Source: an uncultured Verrucomicrobiae bacterium (GTDB lineage Bacteria; Verrucomicrobiota; Verrucomicrobiia; Palsa-1439). Taken from it: a stretch of 64,000 bases of DNA. The position numbers and the translations under genes are program-made. Where the stretch lies: assembly GCA_963812605.1 (NCBI GenBank), contig CAWEWF010000014.1, positions 128,001-192,000 of the forward strand, read 5' to 3'. Below are positions 22,199 to 33,253 of this stretch, one piece after another. The notes beneath the pieces are model-generated. The model saw only the letters and a program-made list of their open reading frames with translations, made no database searches and was not told where the DNA came from. Positions within the stretch are counted from its first letter, which is position 1, and each line of letters begins with the position of its first letter.

Positions 22199-24464
22199 AT
22201 GTCCCGCCAATATGGGACTATTCAGTTGGTGAACTCGCAATTTCAAAGCGTCGGAGCCGTCCGAAAACTCACAAGGCGCGGCAACATTCTCGATTTTCAC
22301 TGCGAGCATGGACGGGTTCGCATCGCAATTCTCAGCGACGGCATTGTGCGCGTGCGCGCGACACAAGCCGGCGAGTTCGGTCCAAACTTTTCGTATGCGG
22401 TCGCGAAGAAAAAATGGTCGAAGGTGACGGCAACGGTTCGGGATGGCAAAGTGGTCACCCTGCGCACGAAGAAGCTGTTGGTGACCATCGCCAAAGCGCC
22501 GTTACGAATCGAGTTCGCCGGGGCCGACGGCACGGCATTGAATGGCGACCAGCAAGCGCACGGGATGGGGTGGGAAGGGACGAAGTGTCGCAGCCATCGA
22601 TAGCTCGCGGCGACGAGATGTTCTGTTGCGGCGAGAAGACCAGCCCGTTCAACAAGCGCGGCTCGAAGACGACGTTCTGGAATGAGGACGATCCAAATCA
22701 CACATACCTGTCCGAGGCCATTTACGTTTCAATTCCCTTTTTGATCTCCATCAGGCCCGGTGCGCATTACGGCATCTTTTGGGACAACACACATCGGACG
22801 CAGTTCAACCTGGGGCAGGTTGCGGACGAGAGGCATTACATCCTCGAATCCGACGCGGGCGAGGTCGATTACTATTTTTTTGCCGGGCGACTCGGTGCAC
22901 GACGTGGTGCGCGGTTACGCGCAATTGACCGGAAGGATGTGGATGCCGCCGCGATGGGCGCTTGGCTTTCAGCAGTGCCGCTGGAGCTATATGAGCGCTG
23001 AGGAGATCATGGACCTCGCGAGGAATTTCCGTAAACGGAAGATCCCTTGCGATGTCATCTATTGCGACATCGATTACATGGACGGTTACCGTGTATTTAC
23101 GTGGAACCCCAGGACGTTCCCCCAACCGCGCAAGATGATCCAGGGTCTTGCCCGGTCCGGTTTCAAACTCGTTACGATCATCGATCCCGGTGAAGAACGA
23201 CAGCAAGTATGCTGTGTGCCGCGACGGGCGTGAGAAGGGGATGTTCGTGAAAAAACCGGAAGGCGGGTGGTTCACCGGCGACGTGTGGCCTGGCGAGTGC
23301 CTGTTTCCGGATTTTACCAGCCCGCGCGTGCGGCAATGGTGGGGACCGTGGCATAAAGAATTGCTGGACGTTGGCGTGGCGGGGATCTGGGATGACATGA
23401 ACGAGCCGTGGTACGGAATTATCCCGGCGGCACCATGCCGCTCGATATCGCGCACGATTACGATGGCCAGCCGACCACGCACGCCCGCGCCCACAATGCT
23501 GTACGGTTTCAATATGGCGCGCGCCTGCCATGAGGCCCTGCGCAAATTGCAGCCGAGGCAGCGACCTTTCGTGATCACCCGCGCGGCCTACGCCGGATTC
23601 AGCGCTATTCGATGGTCTGGACCTGCGACAACCAGAGCTTGTGGGAGCAATTGGCAGTCAGCATTCCCGAATGCCTGAACCTCAGCCTCTCCGGCGTCCC
23701 TTTCTGCGGTCCCGATGTCGGCGGCTTCGGCGGCAACTGTACGGGAGAACTGCTCGCGCGGTGGACGCAGGCCGGGGCGTTTTTTCCATTTTTCCGTAAC
23801 CATACCGCGTTGCATACGCGACGGCAGGAACCCTGGGCGTTTGGCAGGAAGGTGGAGGATGTTTGCCTGTGCTACATCAGCCTGCGCTACCAGCTTCTGC
23901 CGTATTTTTATAATCTTTTCCATGAAGCGACGGCAAGCGCAGCGCCCATCATGCGGCCCCTGTTTTGGGAATTCCCCGACGATCCCCACGGCTACGCAGT
24001 GGATGACCAGTTTCTTCTCGGCGCGTCATTGCTTGTCGCACCCATTATCAAGTTGGGAGCACGCCAGCGCGCGGTCTATCCGCCGGCCGGAGCGACTGGT
24101 ACGACTATTGGACGAAACAAAAACATGCTGGCGGCCAGTACGTGACGGCACCTGCGCCGTTCGACATGCTGCCACTTTTCGTGCGCGCGGGTTCGATTAT
24201 TCCCATGACCAAACCGGTGCAGTTCGTTGGCCGAAAATCAAGCGGGGAGATTATTCTCGATGTTTATCCGGGAAAAAGACCGCCGGTGATCTCTACGAAG
24301 ACGACGGCGAAAGTTTTAACTACGAACGGGGCGCATATTCCCTGACGCATTTTTCGTGGTCGGACGACAGGTTGAAAGTGGACAAGCAGAAAACCGGTCA
24401 ACAAATCAGCGGCGAAGAAGTATCGAACTATCGTCGCGAGATAAATGGATTATCTTTGATGTAA
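22199..24464 (+). CDS. Glycoside hydrolase family 31 (alpha-glucosidase-like); frameshifted
   Basis: PPRWALGFQQCRWSY, IPCDVIYCDIDYMDGYRVFTW, GIWDDMNEP, GPDVGGF, RWTQAGAFFPFFRNH, LYEDDGES. Confidence 0.9.
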
Positions 24465-24979
24465 AAGCGCAGGCGCCTCTTCGCCCAGTGCCTCGCGTAA
24501 TCCACACCGATCCGCGGTCGTTTGACGATTGCGAAAGGATCGGTCCTGCGTGGCGCAGCGATATAAAAATCGTCACTTAACAGGTCGTGCGCGTTGAGAC
24601 GCTTGTCGATGCGCAACGCATTACAGAGCAGACCGGGGCCCTGGGTTCGTCCTTTGAGATTCTTCACCGGCTCGACGGCTCTCAATAGGACAGCCGATGC
24701 GTGACCTTCGCGCTCGGTTACGACGTTCATACAATAGTACATCCCGTAGATCAGGTAAACATACGCGTGGCCGGGAGGTCCAAACATCACTATTGTTCGG
24801 TCGGTTTTTCCCCGGGCCGAATGCGCGGCCAAATCATGCGGCCCGAGGTACGCCTCGACTTCCACAATCCTGCCGATACGCTCCAGCCCGCGCGATTCAT
24901 GCACCAAATATTTCCCAAGTAATTCGCGGGCGACCACGATGGTCTCGCGGTCGTAGAAGGCGCGCGGCAGTTTTCGCAT
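24428..24979 (-). CDS. DNA-3-methyladenine glycosylase (MPG/Aag type)
   Basis: GRIVEVEAYLGPHDLAAHS, YVYLIYGMYYCMNVV, GPGLLC, PRIGV; alternative start at 25003. Confidence 0.93.
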   Translation of the reverse strand: MRKLPRAFYDRETIVVARELLGKYLVHESRGLERIGRIVEVEAYLGPHDLAAHSARGKTDRTIVMFGPPGHAYVYLIYGMYYCMNVVTEREGHASAVLLRAVEPVKNLKGRTQGPGLLCNALRIDKRLNAHDLLSDDFYIAAPRRTDPFAIVKRPRIGVDYARHWAKRRLRFYIKDNPFISRR

Positions 24980-24999
24980 GGCGACGCGGCGGATGGCGG

Positions 25000-25602
25000 T
25001 CATCCGATTTCCGCTGCATCAAGATCGACCAGCCGAGTGGACAGAAGCCGCTCTCGTTGGTAGTGAAGCGGAACTCGCGCAGTTCGAGGATGTCGAACAG
25101 CGGCCCAGTCGTCCCGCATTTCCGGCTCGCTGACTACGGGCGGTCCCGTCGTATCTTCCTTGGAATTACCAGCCAGGCTCAACCACCAACTGCCGGTGCG
25201 CGTTGCGCGCTTGAGAAATTGCTGAAAGGCTTTCAGGTCTTCGGTTCGCAGGCAATGATACACGCCCCGGTCAAAAAGCATGTCGTACGGCCCACCCGGA
25301 TTGTCTCGCAGGGTATCGGCCACCCGAAAATCCACTGGCACCCCCGCGGCATGGGCCTTCTCGCGCGCGATCTGAATGGCCTGGTCGACGATGTCGGTCG
25401 CGGTGACCTGAAATCCGCGTCGTGCCAGCTCGATGGCATTGGTTCCCGTCCCACAACCGAAATCAAGGACTGTAGTCCCCGCAAGCTTCCCGTCATTCAA
25501 TATGCGGAGTAATTCTTCGCTTGGGGTTCCTGAATCCCAGGGCGTGTTTCCGCTCGCATATCTCTCGGCGAAATCAGGTTTCTCGGGCATGCTGATGTCC
25601 AC
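25000..25602 (-). CDS. Class I SAM-dependent methyltransferase (TPMT-like); probable frameshift near the 3' end
   Basis: TPWDSGTP, VLDFGCGTGTNA, FDRGVYH. Confidence 0.85.
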   Translation of the reverse strand: MDISMPEKPDFAERYASGNTPWDSGTPSEELLRILNDGKLAGTTVLDFGCGTGTNAIELARRGFQVTATDIVDQAIQIAREKAHAAGVPVDFRVADTLRDNPGGPYDMLFDRGVYHCLRTEDLKAFQQFLKRATRTGSWWLSLAGNSKEDTTGPPVVSEPEMRDDWAAVRHPRTARVPLHYQRERLLSTRLVDLDAAEIG

Positions 25603-25606
25603 TAAA

Positions 25607-25770
25607 GGTACTGATACGTTTTCGAGAATTCCATGTCACCCTGAGCGAAGCGAAGGGTCTCACTATACTGTTGGCGGGCGCGCAAAAAGAGAGATTCTTC
25701 GCTTCGCTCAGAATGACAGAGCGAAGAAAGTTTCGGTGATTTCGAATAATGTTCAAAACGTGCCAGTACC
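25607..25770. repeat. Nested inverted-repeat element (REP/MITE-like)
   Basis: Inner 28-bp IR at 25634-25661 / 25691-25718 (TGTCAYYCTGAGCGAAGCGAAGRRTCTC) inside an outer imperfect IR GGTACTGATACGTTTT / AAAACGTGCCAGTACC. Confidence 0.75.
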
Positions 25771-25798
25771 CCACTCAAAGGCCATTCGACAGCCTGGT

Positions 25799-26404
25799 TT
25801 ACTTCTGCTCTGCCGCCTGTTTCACCACCTCGGCGTTGATCTGGATCGTGACATCCTCGCCGACCATGAGGCCGCCGGCTTCAATGGCTTTATTCCATGT
25901 CAGGCCATAATCCTTGCGATTGAGCTTGGCGTTTATTTCGAGTCCCATGACGGAGCCGCCCATCGGGCTCTTGATCGGGCCTTTGAGCGTGAAGGGAAGG
26001 GAAACATCTTTCGTCACGCCATGCATCGTGAACTTGCCGACCAGTGTCTGGTTATTCCCGTCCTTCTTGACTTCCGTGCTCTCGAACGTGATGGTCGGAA
26101 ACTTTTCGGCGTCGAAAAAATCAGGACTGCGCAGGTGATTGTCGCGTCTCTCGATATCCGTATCGATGCTCTTGGCCTGAATGGTCCCACTTGCTCCCTT
26201 CAGCGCGTTGCCGTTGTCCGGATCGACCGTGATCGTGCCCTCAAACTGGCGAAAACGCCCGTGGACCGTATTGACGACCATATGATCGATTGAAAAATTA
26301 ACGGAGGTGTGTGCGGGATCGACTTTGTACGTGTCCAGCGCCAGCGCGGTTGATCCGATCAAGGCGCTGACGCCCCAGATGGCGACGATGCGAACAATTC
26401 TCAT
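25799..26404 (-). CDS. YceI family periplasmic protein
   Basis: Signal peptide; YKVDPAHTSVNF, RDNHLRSPDFFDAEKFPTITF, RKDYGLTWN. Confidence 0.95.
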   Translation of the reverse strand: MRIVRIVAIWGVSALIGSTALALDTYKVDPAHTSVNFSIDHMVVNTVHGRFRQFEGTITVDPDNGNALKGASGTIQAKSIDTDIERRDNHLRSPDFFDAEKFPTITFESTEVKKDGNNQTLVGKFTMHGVTKDVSLPFTLKGPIKSPMGGSVMGLEINAKLNRKDYGLTWNKAIEAGGLMVGEDVTIQINAEVVKQAAEQK

Positions 26405-26509
26405 GACGGCTCTCCTCTAGTTTATGTATTCCTATTAGTTCCGCCGGTAACGATCCCTGACAGCCCAACACACCGGAGCGTGGCATGAATTTCATGCCAA
26501 ATCAATCGC

Positions 26510-26933
26510 TTACTCTTCCAGTTTTGCGTCCATGGTAATGGTGGCTTTCAAGACGCGGGAAATTGGACAACCTGCCTTCGCATTATTGGCCGCCGTTTCA
26601 AACGCTGCGGCTGTTGCGCCGGGGACCTTCGCGCTGACATCGAGGTGCACAGCCGTGAGCGTCCAACCCGTCTCCAGTTTCTCCATGCTTACGGTCGCGG
26701 TCGTGGCGATCCGCTCTGCTTTCAGGTTCGCGCCGCCCAGTTGCCCGGAAAGCGCCATCGAGAAACAACCCGCATGCGCGGCGGCAATGACTCTCGGGGT
26801 TGGTCCCGATGCCGCTTTCAAACCGGGTACTGAATGAGTACTGCGCGTCTTTCAGTACGCCGCTGTCGGTCGAGATCGTGCCCTTGCCATCCTTCAACGC
26901 ACCCTGCCAAACCGCTGATGCTTTTCGTTTCAT
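26510..26933 (-). CDS. osmC: OsmC family peroxiredoxin; one frameshift
   Basis: [48 protein letters not shown]. Confidence 0.9.
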
Positions 26934-27080
26934 GATTTCGATTCTCCGGAACAAGATGATGCTGTTTTATACGATCGTTTTCTCGACACCACCTTCAGCC
27001 CGCACGGGACCGACGCGTGGCTGGGGCCGCCCATTGACAAACACCCTGCTTTTTCCGTTGAGTTTCAGGTTCACCGTCGG

Positions 27081-27782
27081 TTACCAGGGAATCGGCTTTC
27101 TGTCGCGCAGGAACTGCCCCGTCAGATTACGCGGCGCCTCCGTGGCGAGCCAGGTCACGGTATCTGCGCCTTGTTGGACCGTGCGCGGGGCGTTCGCGCC
27201 GCCCATATCGGTCTTGACCCAGCCGGGGCACACGGAGTTTACCGAAATGCCTTTGTCACCCAACGCCGCGGCGAACTGGCGCGTGACCGCGTTAAGCGCC
27301 GTTTTGGAGATGCTGTAGGCTGGATAGGTGTTGCCCATATCGCTCAACTGGCCGAGGCCGCTGGACATGTTGACGACGCTTGCCCGCGGACTCTTCACGA
27401 GCAATGGCAGGAACGCCTGCGTCACGCGCAGCGGGCCGAGAGTGTTGGTCGTCAGTGTGCGCAGAAATACGTCGTCCGGGACTTCGTCGATGTTCTTCTT
27501 GTCTTCCATGATGGCGGCGTTGTTCACCAGTACGTCGAGGTGATCGAACTTTGCCGCCACGATACTCGCAGTGTTCTCAATGCTCGTGCGGTCGCTCACA
27601 TCAATTTCGACGAATTCGGCCGATGCGCCGCCTTTCTGGAGCGAAGCGGCCGCCTGTTTGCCAGCATCAGCTTTGCGCGCTCCCAGAAGCACGTGATAGC
27701 CCTTTTCCCCAAGTTGACGCGCGATCTCGTAGCCGATGCCTTTGTTCGCGCCCGTTACCAATGCAATTCTGTCCTTCGCCAT
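27081..27782 (-). CDS. Short-chain dehydrogenase/reductase (carbonyl-reductase-like)
   Basis: [31 protein letters not shown]; GAGG RBS before the ATG at 27782. Confidence 0.93.
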   Translation of the reverse strand: MAKDRIALVTGANKGIGYEIARQLGEKGYHVLLGARKADAGKQAAASLQKGGASAEFVEIDVSDRTSIENTASIVAAKFDHLDVLVNNAAIMEDKKNIDEVPDDVFLRTLTTNTLGPLRVTQAFLPLLVKSPRASVVNMSSGLGQLSDMGNTYPAYSISKTALNAVTRQFAAALGDKGISVNSVCPGWVKTDMGGANAPRTVQQGADTVTWLATEAPRNLTGQFLRDRKPIPW

Positions 27783-27907
27783 CCCGTATTCCTCCACAGA
27801 TGTTAATCCCAAAAAACAGGGTGAGCAATCCACGTCACCCGGCCGTGCGCTTAGGATGCCGTTACCGGGATTTCGATTCGCATTCCCGGCGCCAGTCCCA
27901 AAAACAA

Positions 27908-27941
27908 GGAGCCTGTCCCCGAAAAAGAGGGGACAGGCTCC
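27908..27941. repeat. Perfect 13-bp inverted repeat GGAGCCTGTCCCC/GGGGACAGGCTCC (REP-like or terminator hairpin)
   Basis: Directly visible, 8-nt loop; a degenerate half-copy GGCGCCAGTCCC lies just upstream near 27888. Confidence 0.75.
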
Positions 27942-27962
27942 CTGACGAAGCGCATCGAACAA

Positions 27963-29498
27963 CTATTGGCCGCTCTTGCTCTGGTTCAGATCGTGGCGGT
28001 GCAATTGGCCCTTCAATTCAGAATTCTGCTCCGCATACGTATCCAACAAGTTCCGCAGATACGAATTCTCGTTACGCAATTGCTTCATAACACGCACATC
28101 CGGGGCCTCGGCTGGGGCTTCGGAGGCGGCCTTCCTTTCCGCGGTGAGTTTTGCGCTGAGGTCCTTGTTCTCCTTCTCGAGTTCGTTGACACGAGCGCTG
28201 GCCTTCTTCCCCTTGTCCGCTTCGGCGCGGGTGGCGGCGAGTTCATCCTGCAGCTTTTTCAGTTCCGCCGAGTTATCAACCGGCACGGGTTTCGCGGCAA
28301 CAACGGCCGCCTTCTTATCGGCGGCGGCGAGCTTCGCGCTGAGGTCCTTATTCTGTTTCTCCAGGTCAGAAACCTGGCTGGCAGAATTCTTCGCCTGGCC
28401 GAGTTCTTTTTGCGTTTCCGCCAGTTGGGCGCGCAGGCTTTTGACTTCGCCGTTGTCAGCAACCGGTGCCGGCGCAACGGCGGGTTTGGCAGCGACTTGT
28501 TTCTTCAAGTCGGCGACCTCGGCTTTGGACTTGTCAAGTTCGGTGCGCAGGCTCTTGACTTCGCCGCTGTCAACCACAGGCGCAGCCGCAGGTTTAGCGG
28601 CGACCTGCTTCTTCAAGTCGGCTATTTCGGACTGCGATTTGTCGAGTTGAGCGCGCAGGTTCTTGACCTCGGAGGAATCTGCGGGCGCGATGTTCGTCTT
28701 CTTTTTCAGTGCTGCCAGCTTGGCGGTCAGATCCTTGTTCTGTTTCTCCAGATCGGCGGCGGCCTTGTGCGCCTTATCCGCATCGACATGGGCGTTGTCC
28801 GCTTCGGTCCGCAGTTTCTTTAACTCAGCAGTATCCGTCGGTGCCGGTGTAGCCAGCTTCGCGGCAACGGCCTTCTTTTCAGCGGCCGCCAGTTGCGCGC
28901 TCAAGTCCTTGTTCTGCTTCTGCAAGTCGGGAACCTGCGCGGCGGACTTCTTCGCCGCATCAGCTTCGGCGCGGGTCTTGTTCAATTCCGCCCGGAGCTT
29001 CTTCACTTCGGCGGAATCAGAGGGCGCGGCATTGACGGCCGAAGATCCCTTGTCAAAGTTTTGCGACGGCTCCGCAGACGCCTTTGGCGCCGTTGGGGCA
29101 GTCTTTACGGCCGGAGCAGGCGGCGGAGTGGTCGGTACTTGGACCACAGGCGTGACCACTGGTGCCACAGATGCCGCCGTAGCGGGGCAGGAGGCGGTTC
29201 GGGCAATTTCGTCTTGACCGCATCAAAACGAGATTGGCAGTCCTTCAGGCGGTACTCGACCATCTGCGGATTCCAGTCCGGCGCATTGATTCGAATGCTG
29301 TGCAAAATGCTGAGCGCAGACTGATAACTGCGGTACGCAGTCGCAAGGTCTGATTTCTCTTCAGCAGCCTGACCTTGTTCGACGAGAACAAAGGCATCCG
29401 CATAGCGGGAACCGGGTCAGCGGCCCAGGCATATTTGGCAGGTACCGTGGCCGAAGGCACACAGTCGTCGCGAACAAAACTACTAGACGTTTCTTCAT
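27963..29498 (-). CDS. Secreted Ala/Lys-rich coiled-coil repeat protein; frameshifted in the 5' part
   Basis: MKKRLVVLF signal; helical domain ending PDWNPQMVEYRL; Pro-rich linker; repeated SxE(V/L)KxLRx(E/Q)L and DLEKQNKDLSAKL units. Confidence 0.7.
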
Positions 29499-29617
29499 CA
29501 GGAAGCCTCCTTGCACAAGGCTATAGCGAAACGGGACACAGAATGCAACTATTTCGTTTCACCCGACCGTGACAGGGTGGCGCAACGATATCCTGCCGAA
29601 TCGCGCAACCGGGTTCA

Positions 29618-30084
29618 CTAGTGGTGATGTCCGCCGGGACCGTGAGCGTGGCCGTGGCTCAATTCCTCTTTTGTCGCCTCGCGGACTTCTGTGACCTCGA
29701 CATCGAAGGCCAGATCCATGAGCCAGCGGATGATTACCGTCAAGGGTGACATGGGTCTCGGTCACTTTCAAGGCGGTGACCACGGGCGAGTGTGAATCCT
29801 GTCCGGCACGGAAGCGGTCGCCCGCTTTGATGCCGCGGGTGGGCATCTGGTCCAACGGCACCTCAATGACGTTGTCCGGGTTTTTTCGCCGTAGGCATCC
29901 TTGGCCTTGACCTTGACGTGCTTCTTGTCCCCAACCTTCATTCCGCTCAACTGCGTTTCGAGTCCAGGAATGATCTGACCGACGCCTTGAGAAAAGTCAG
30001 CGGCTCGCCGCAGGCGGAAGAGTCGAGAATTTTGCCATCCGGATCCGTCAGCGTATAGTGGAATGAAATGATTGTTTGGCTCAC
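29618..30084 (-). CDS. slyD: FKBP-type peptidyl-prolyl isomerase SlyD; frameshifted
   Basis: [37 protein letters not shown], His-rich tail [12 protein letters not shown]. Confidence 0.9.
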
Positions 30085-30221
30085 GGTGGTTGACCTTTCT
30101 GTGATTCGTTCGGGCGGCACCCTACGATGGTTTGAGCGATTTGTCGAAGAAGAAAGCGACGGGGGAGCGGGGAAATTGATCGGTAGAACTCCACGATCTG
30201 TTCTCCAGCGAGCGTTCCTCC

Positions 30222-30250
30222 TTGAGTTTACCGCTGTGTATGGTTAGAAT
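30222..30250 (+). promoter_or_regulatory. Sigma70-type promoter upstream of the HzsA-like gene
   Basis: TTGAGT-17 nt-TAGAAT. Confidence 0.55.
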
Positions 30251-30277
30251 ACAAACTCCGGCTGGGAGAGCTTTCTG

Positions 30278-33201
30278 ATGCTCATGACGCACTCCTCAAG
30301 AACCATTCCCGTAATTCTCGCAACATTATTACAAATTTGCTTCCCTGGGCACTGTCTTGCCAGTCCCCCGACCTCAACGAATGCAATTCTCTTTGTTACG
30401 CAGGTGCCGATGCCGACGGAGGTTAATGCACGAGAGATCACGGCGAGCGTTGTGAATGTTTCTTCGTCGTTTGGAAACCAGCTTGGTGACACCGCCTCCT
30501 GCGGGCGCGGTGGGGCGCCCTGGATCTGGTACCCCGACGGCTCGGTGACGAACCTCACGAGGCTCGCGGGTTATGGGGCTACGAACACGTTTCAGGGCGC
30601 GAATAGCATCGCCGTCCGCGAGCCAAGCGTCCATTGGGACGGGGCCAGGGCGCTGTTCAGCATGGTTGTTGGTGCGCCGAGCAACCAGACCGACCTCACC
30701 AAATTCTACTGGCAAATTTATGAGATCTCGAACTTTGCTGTGAAAGGCCAGACCCCGCTCATCACGTACGTGTCAAATCAGCCCACGAATTACAACAACG
30801 TCAGCCCTACATACGGCACGGATGGACGCATCATCTTTGCCAGTGACCGGCTACGCGACGGTTCGGCGTACCTGTATCCCCAGCGTGAAGAGTATTTGCA
30901 GTTGCCAACGGTATCGGGCCTGTGGAGTCTTGACTCACAATCGGGTGATTTGTTCCTGCTCGAACACTCACCATCGGGATCGTTCAAACCCTACGTGGAC
31001 AGCGTTGGCCGCGTCATTTTCACGCGTTGGGACCACCTCGCGCGCGACGCGGAAGCTTTGACGGACCGGAAGGGACGACCACGAATAACATGTTCACGTA
31101 CTCTGACGAATCCGCCAGCGGCGTGGTCACGACGAACATGGCAGAGGTGTTCCCCGAGCCGCGCTCGTCCGACAACGCCGCACTGGCAGGCACCAACATG
31201 CGGGGCAATGAGTTCAACCAGTTTTTCCCGTGGGCGATCGACGAGGACGGCACTGGGGAGGAAGTCGTCAACCACGTCGGGCGGCACGAACTGCTGCAGA
31301 CCGTACCCAGTTCGACATTCACGAACGACCCAAACATCGTCACGCTCGATCACACGCAGCGATTTAACACCAACTACGTGAGCAGCTTTTTCCCGTCGCG
31401 GGAAGACCCGAACACGCCCGGTCTATTCTACGGTGTTGACGCGGGCGACATCGGTACGCACAACGCCGGGCGGATTGTCACGTTGATGGCAAATATTAAC
31501 ACCAACCCTGATTTTATGGTGATCAACTATCTCACCGCGGCGGTGCTGCCATTCCAGCCGAATCCGGGGGGTCTCTACCGCAATCCGCTGCCGATGAGCA
31601 ACGGCGTGCTGGTCGCCATACACGCGGGGAACGCCACCAATCTGGACTCCAACGTCGGCACCCCCACCGCGCCAAAGTCGATGTACGATTTCCGCCTGAA
31701 GACACTCAAACCGTCCGGGGGCCTTTTCGTGCCTGATAAATTCCTCACGCCGGGCTTTACCAATACGTTCAGCTACTATGTTGGCTCCAATCTGGTCACA
31801 AGCAGTGGCGCTCTCTGGGAACTGGATCCTGTCGAAGTCGCTCCGCGTTCGATCCCGCCCAAACGGGTTGCGAGCGTACAAACCATCGAGGGACAGGTAT
31901 TCACAGAAGAAGGCGTCGATCTGCCCACGTTCCAGAATTACCTGCGCACGAACAATCTTGCGCTCGTCATCAGCCGCAACGCCACCGCCCGCGATCATGC
32001 CGATCTCAGCAGCCGTTCAACCTCAAAGTCGGCTGGCCCGGCGGCACCCAAACGCTCGGCACCAACGGCGCGATCTACTCCATTGGCTTCCTCCAGGTGA
32101 TGCAGGCGGATCTGTTGCGTGGTTTCAAGCCGGATGGCGTGACTCCCGCGCCGGGCCGCCGCGTGCTGGCCCAGCCGCTGCACGACGCCATTGCGCAAAA
32201 CCCTCCGCCCACGAACATTGCGCCGGCCGGTGCCGTGCAGTGGCCACGGATGGTTCGTTCGCAGCAATCATTCCCGCACGCCGCGCGTTAAGCTGGCAAC
32301 TCACCGACACAAACGGCTCGCCGATTGTCCGCGAACGCTACTGGATCACGTTCCAACCCGGCGAAGTTCGCACCTGCGCCAATTGCCACGGCATCAATGA
32401 GCATGATCAAACCGGTGTCCAGGGGCCTCCGTCCAACGAGTCGCAGGCCTTGCGTACGCTGTTGCGTTTCTGGCTGGCCGGCAATCCCGTTGGCACGGCG
32501 CAATTCAGCGCCGCGAATTACTCGGTTTCGGAAACTGCCGGCAGTCTTACGATCCCGGTCAACCGTCTCGGGGGCAGCACCGGTCCGCTCACCGTGACCT
32601 TCAATACCACCAATGCCACAGCGTTGGCGGGGGTGGACTACGTCACGACGAACGGCGTGCTGACGTGGATGGACGGCGACGCGACAGGCAAATCGCTAAC
32701 CATTCCCATTCTTAATGACGGCCTCGCGGAGAGCAACGAAACCTTTGCAATCGCGTTGACCGGGCTGCCGCGACGAACACGACGATCGTCACGATTCTCA
32801 AGCAACCCATTCAAGTCTGGCGCGTGACCAATTTCGACACGAACGCAAACAACGCGGCGATCGCCGGCGACCTGGCCGATCCCGACAATGATGGGGCGGT
32901 GAATCTGCTCGAGTACGCGCTTGGTTTGAACCCGAACGCTGCCAATGTGGGCAGTTTGCCAACGGTCGGCCAAACCAACGGTTTCCTCACGTTGACCTAT
33001 ACGCATGTCAACAGCGCGACCGATATTAGTTACCTTCCTGAAGTCAGCAGCGATCTCGTCAACTGGAACAGCGGACCGCTCTTTGTCAGTCAATCAGTGC
33101 TGGCCAGCAACTCCGCTTTCCAAACCATTCAGGCTCGCGATTTGGTGCCGCTGGGCGCAGCATCAAATCGTTTTATTCGGTTGCACATTACCCATCCATG
33201 A
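30278..33201 (+). CDS. Secreted hydrazine-synthase-alpha-like beta-propeller/c-type heme protein with a Calx-beta domain and an RFIRL C-terminal domain; frameshifted
   Basis: YNNVSPTYGTDGRIIFASDR, GRVIFTRWDH, DGSFAAIIPARRALSWQL, ERYWITFQPGEVRTCANCHG (CxxCH), QFSAANYSVSETAG...ILNDGLAESNETF (Calx-beta), DPDNDGAVNLLEYALG. Confidence 0.75.
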
Positions 33202-33253
33202 GGGCAGCTCTCGCGCTTGTCGAGAGAGAACGGTGTGGTAGCATGCCCAGCCG

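Noticed and set aside
27783-27962. N-terminal extension of the SDR ORF
   Set aside because: It runs through the palindromic repeat; a better ATG with an RBS lies at 27782.
27963-29168. Repeated DNA units as a possible CRISPR array
   Set aside because: The repeats are in-frame, degenerate at third positions and encode coiled-coil units; there are no constant repeats with unique spacers and no cas genes.
30278-33201. Evidence for anammox metabolism
   Set aside because: Only an HzsA-like domain in a different architecture; no hzsB/C or hydrazine dehydrogenase in the window.
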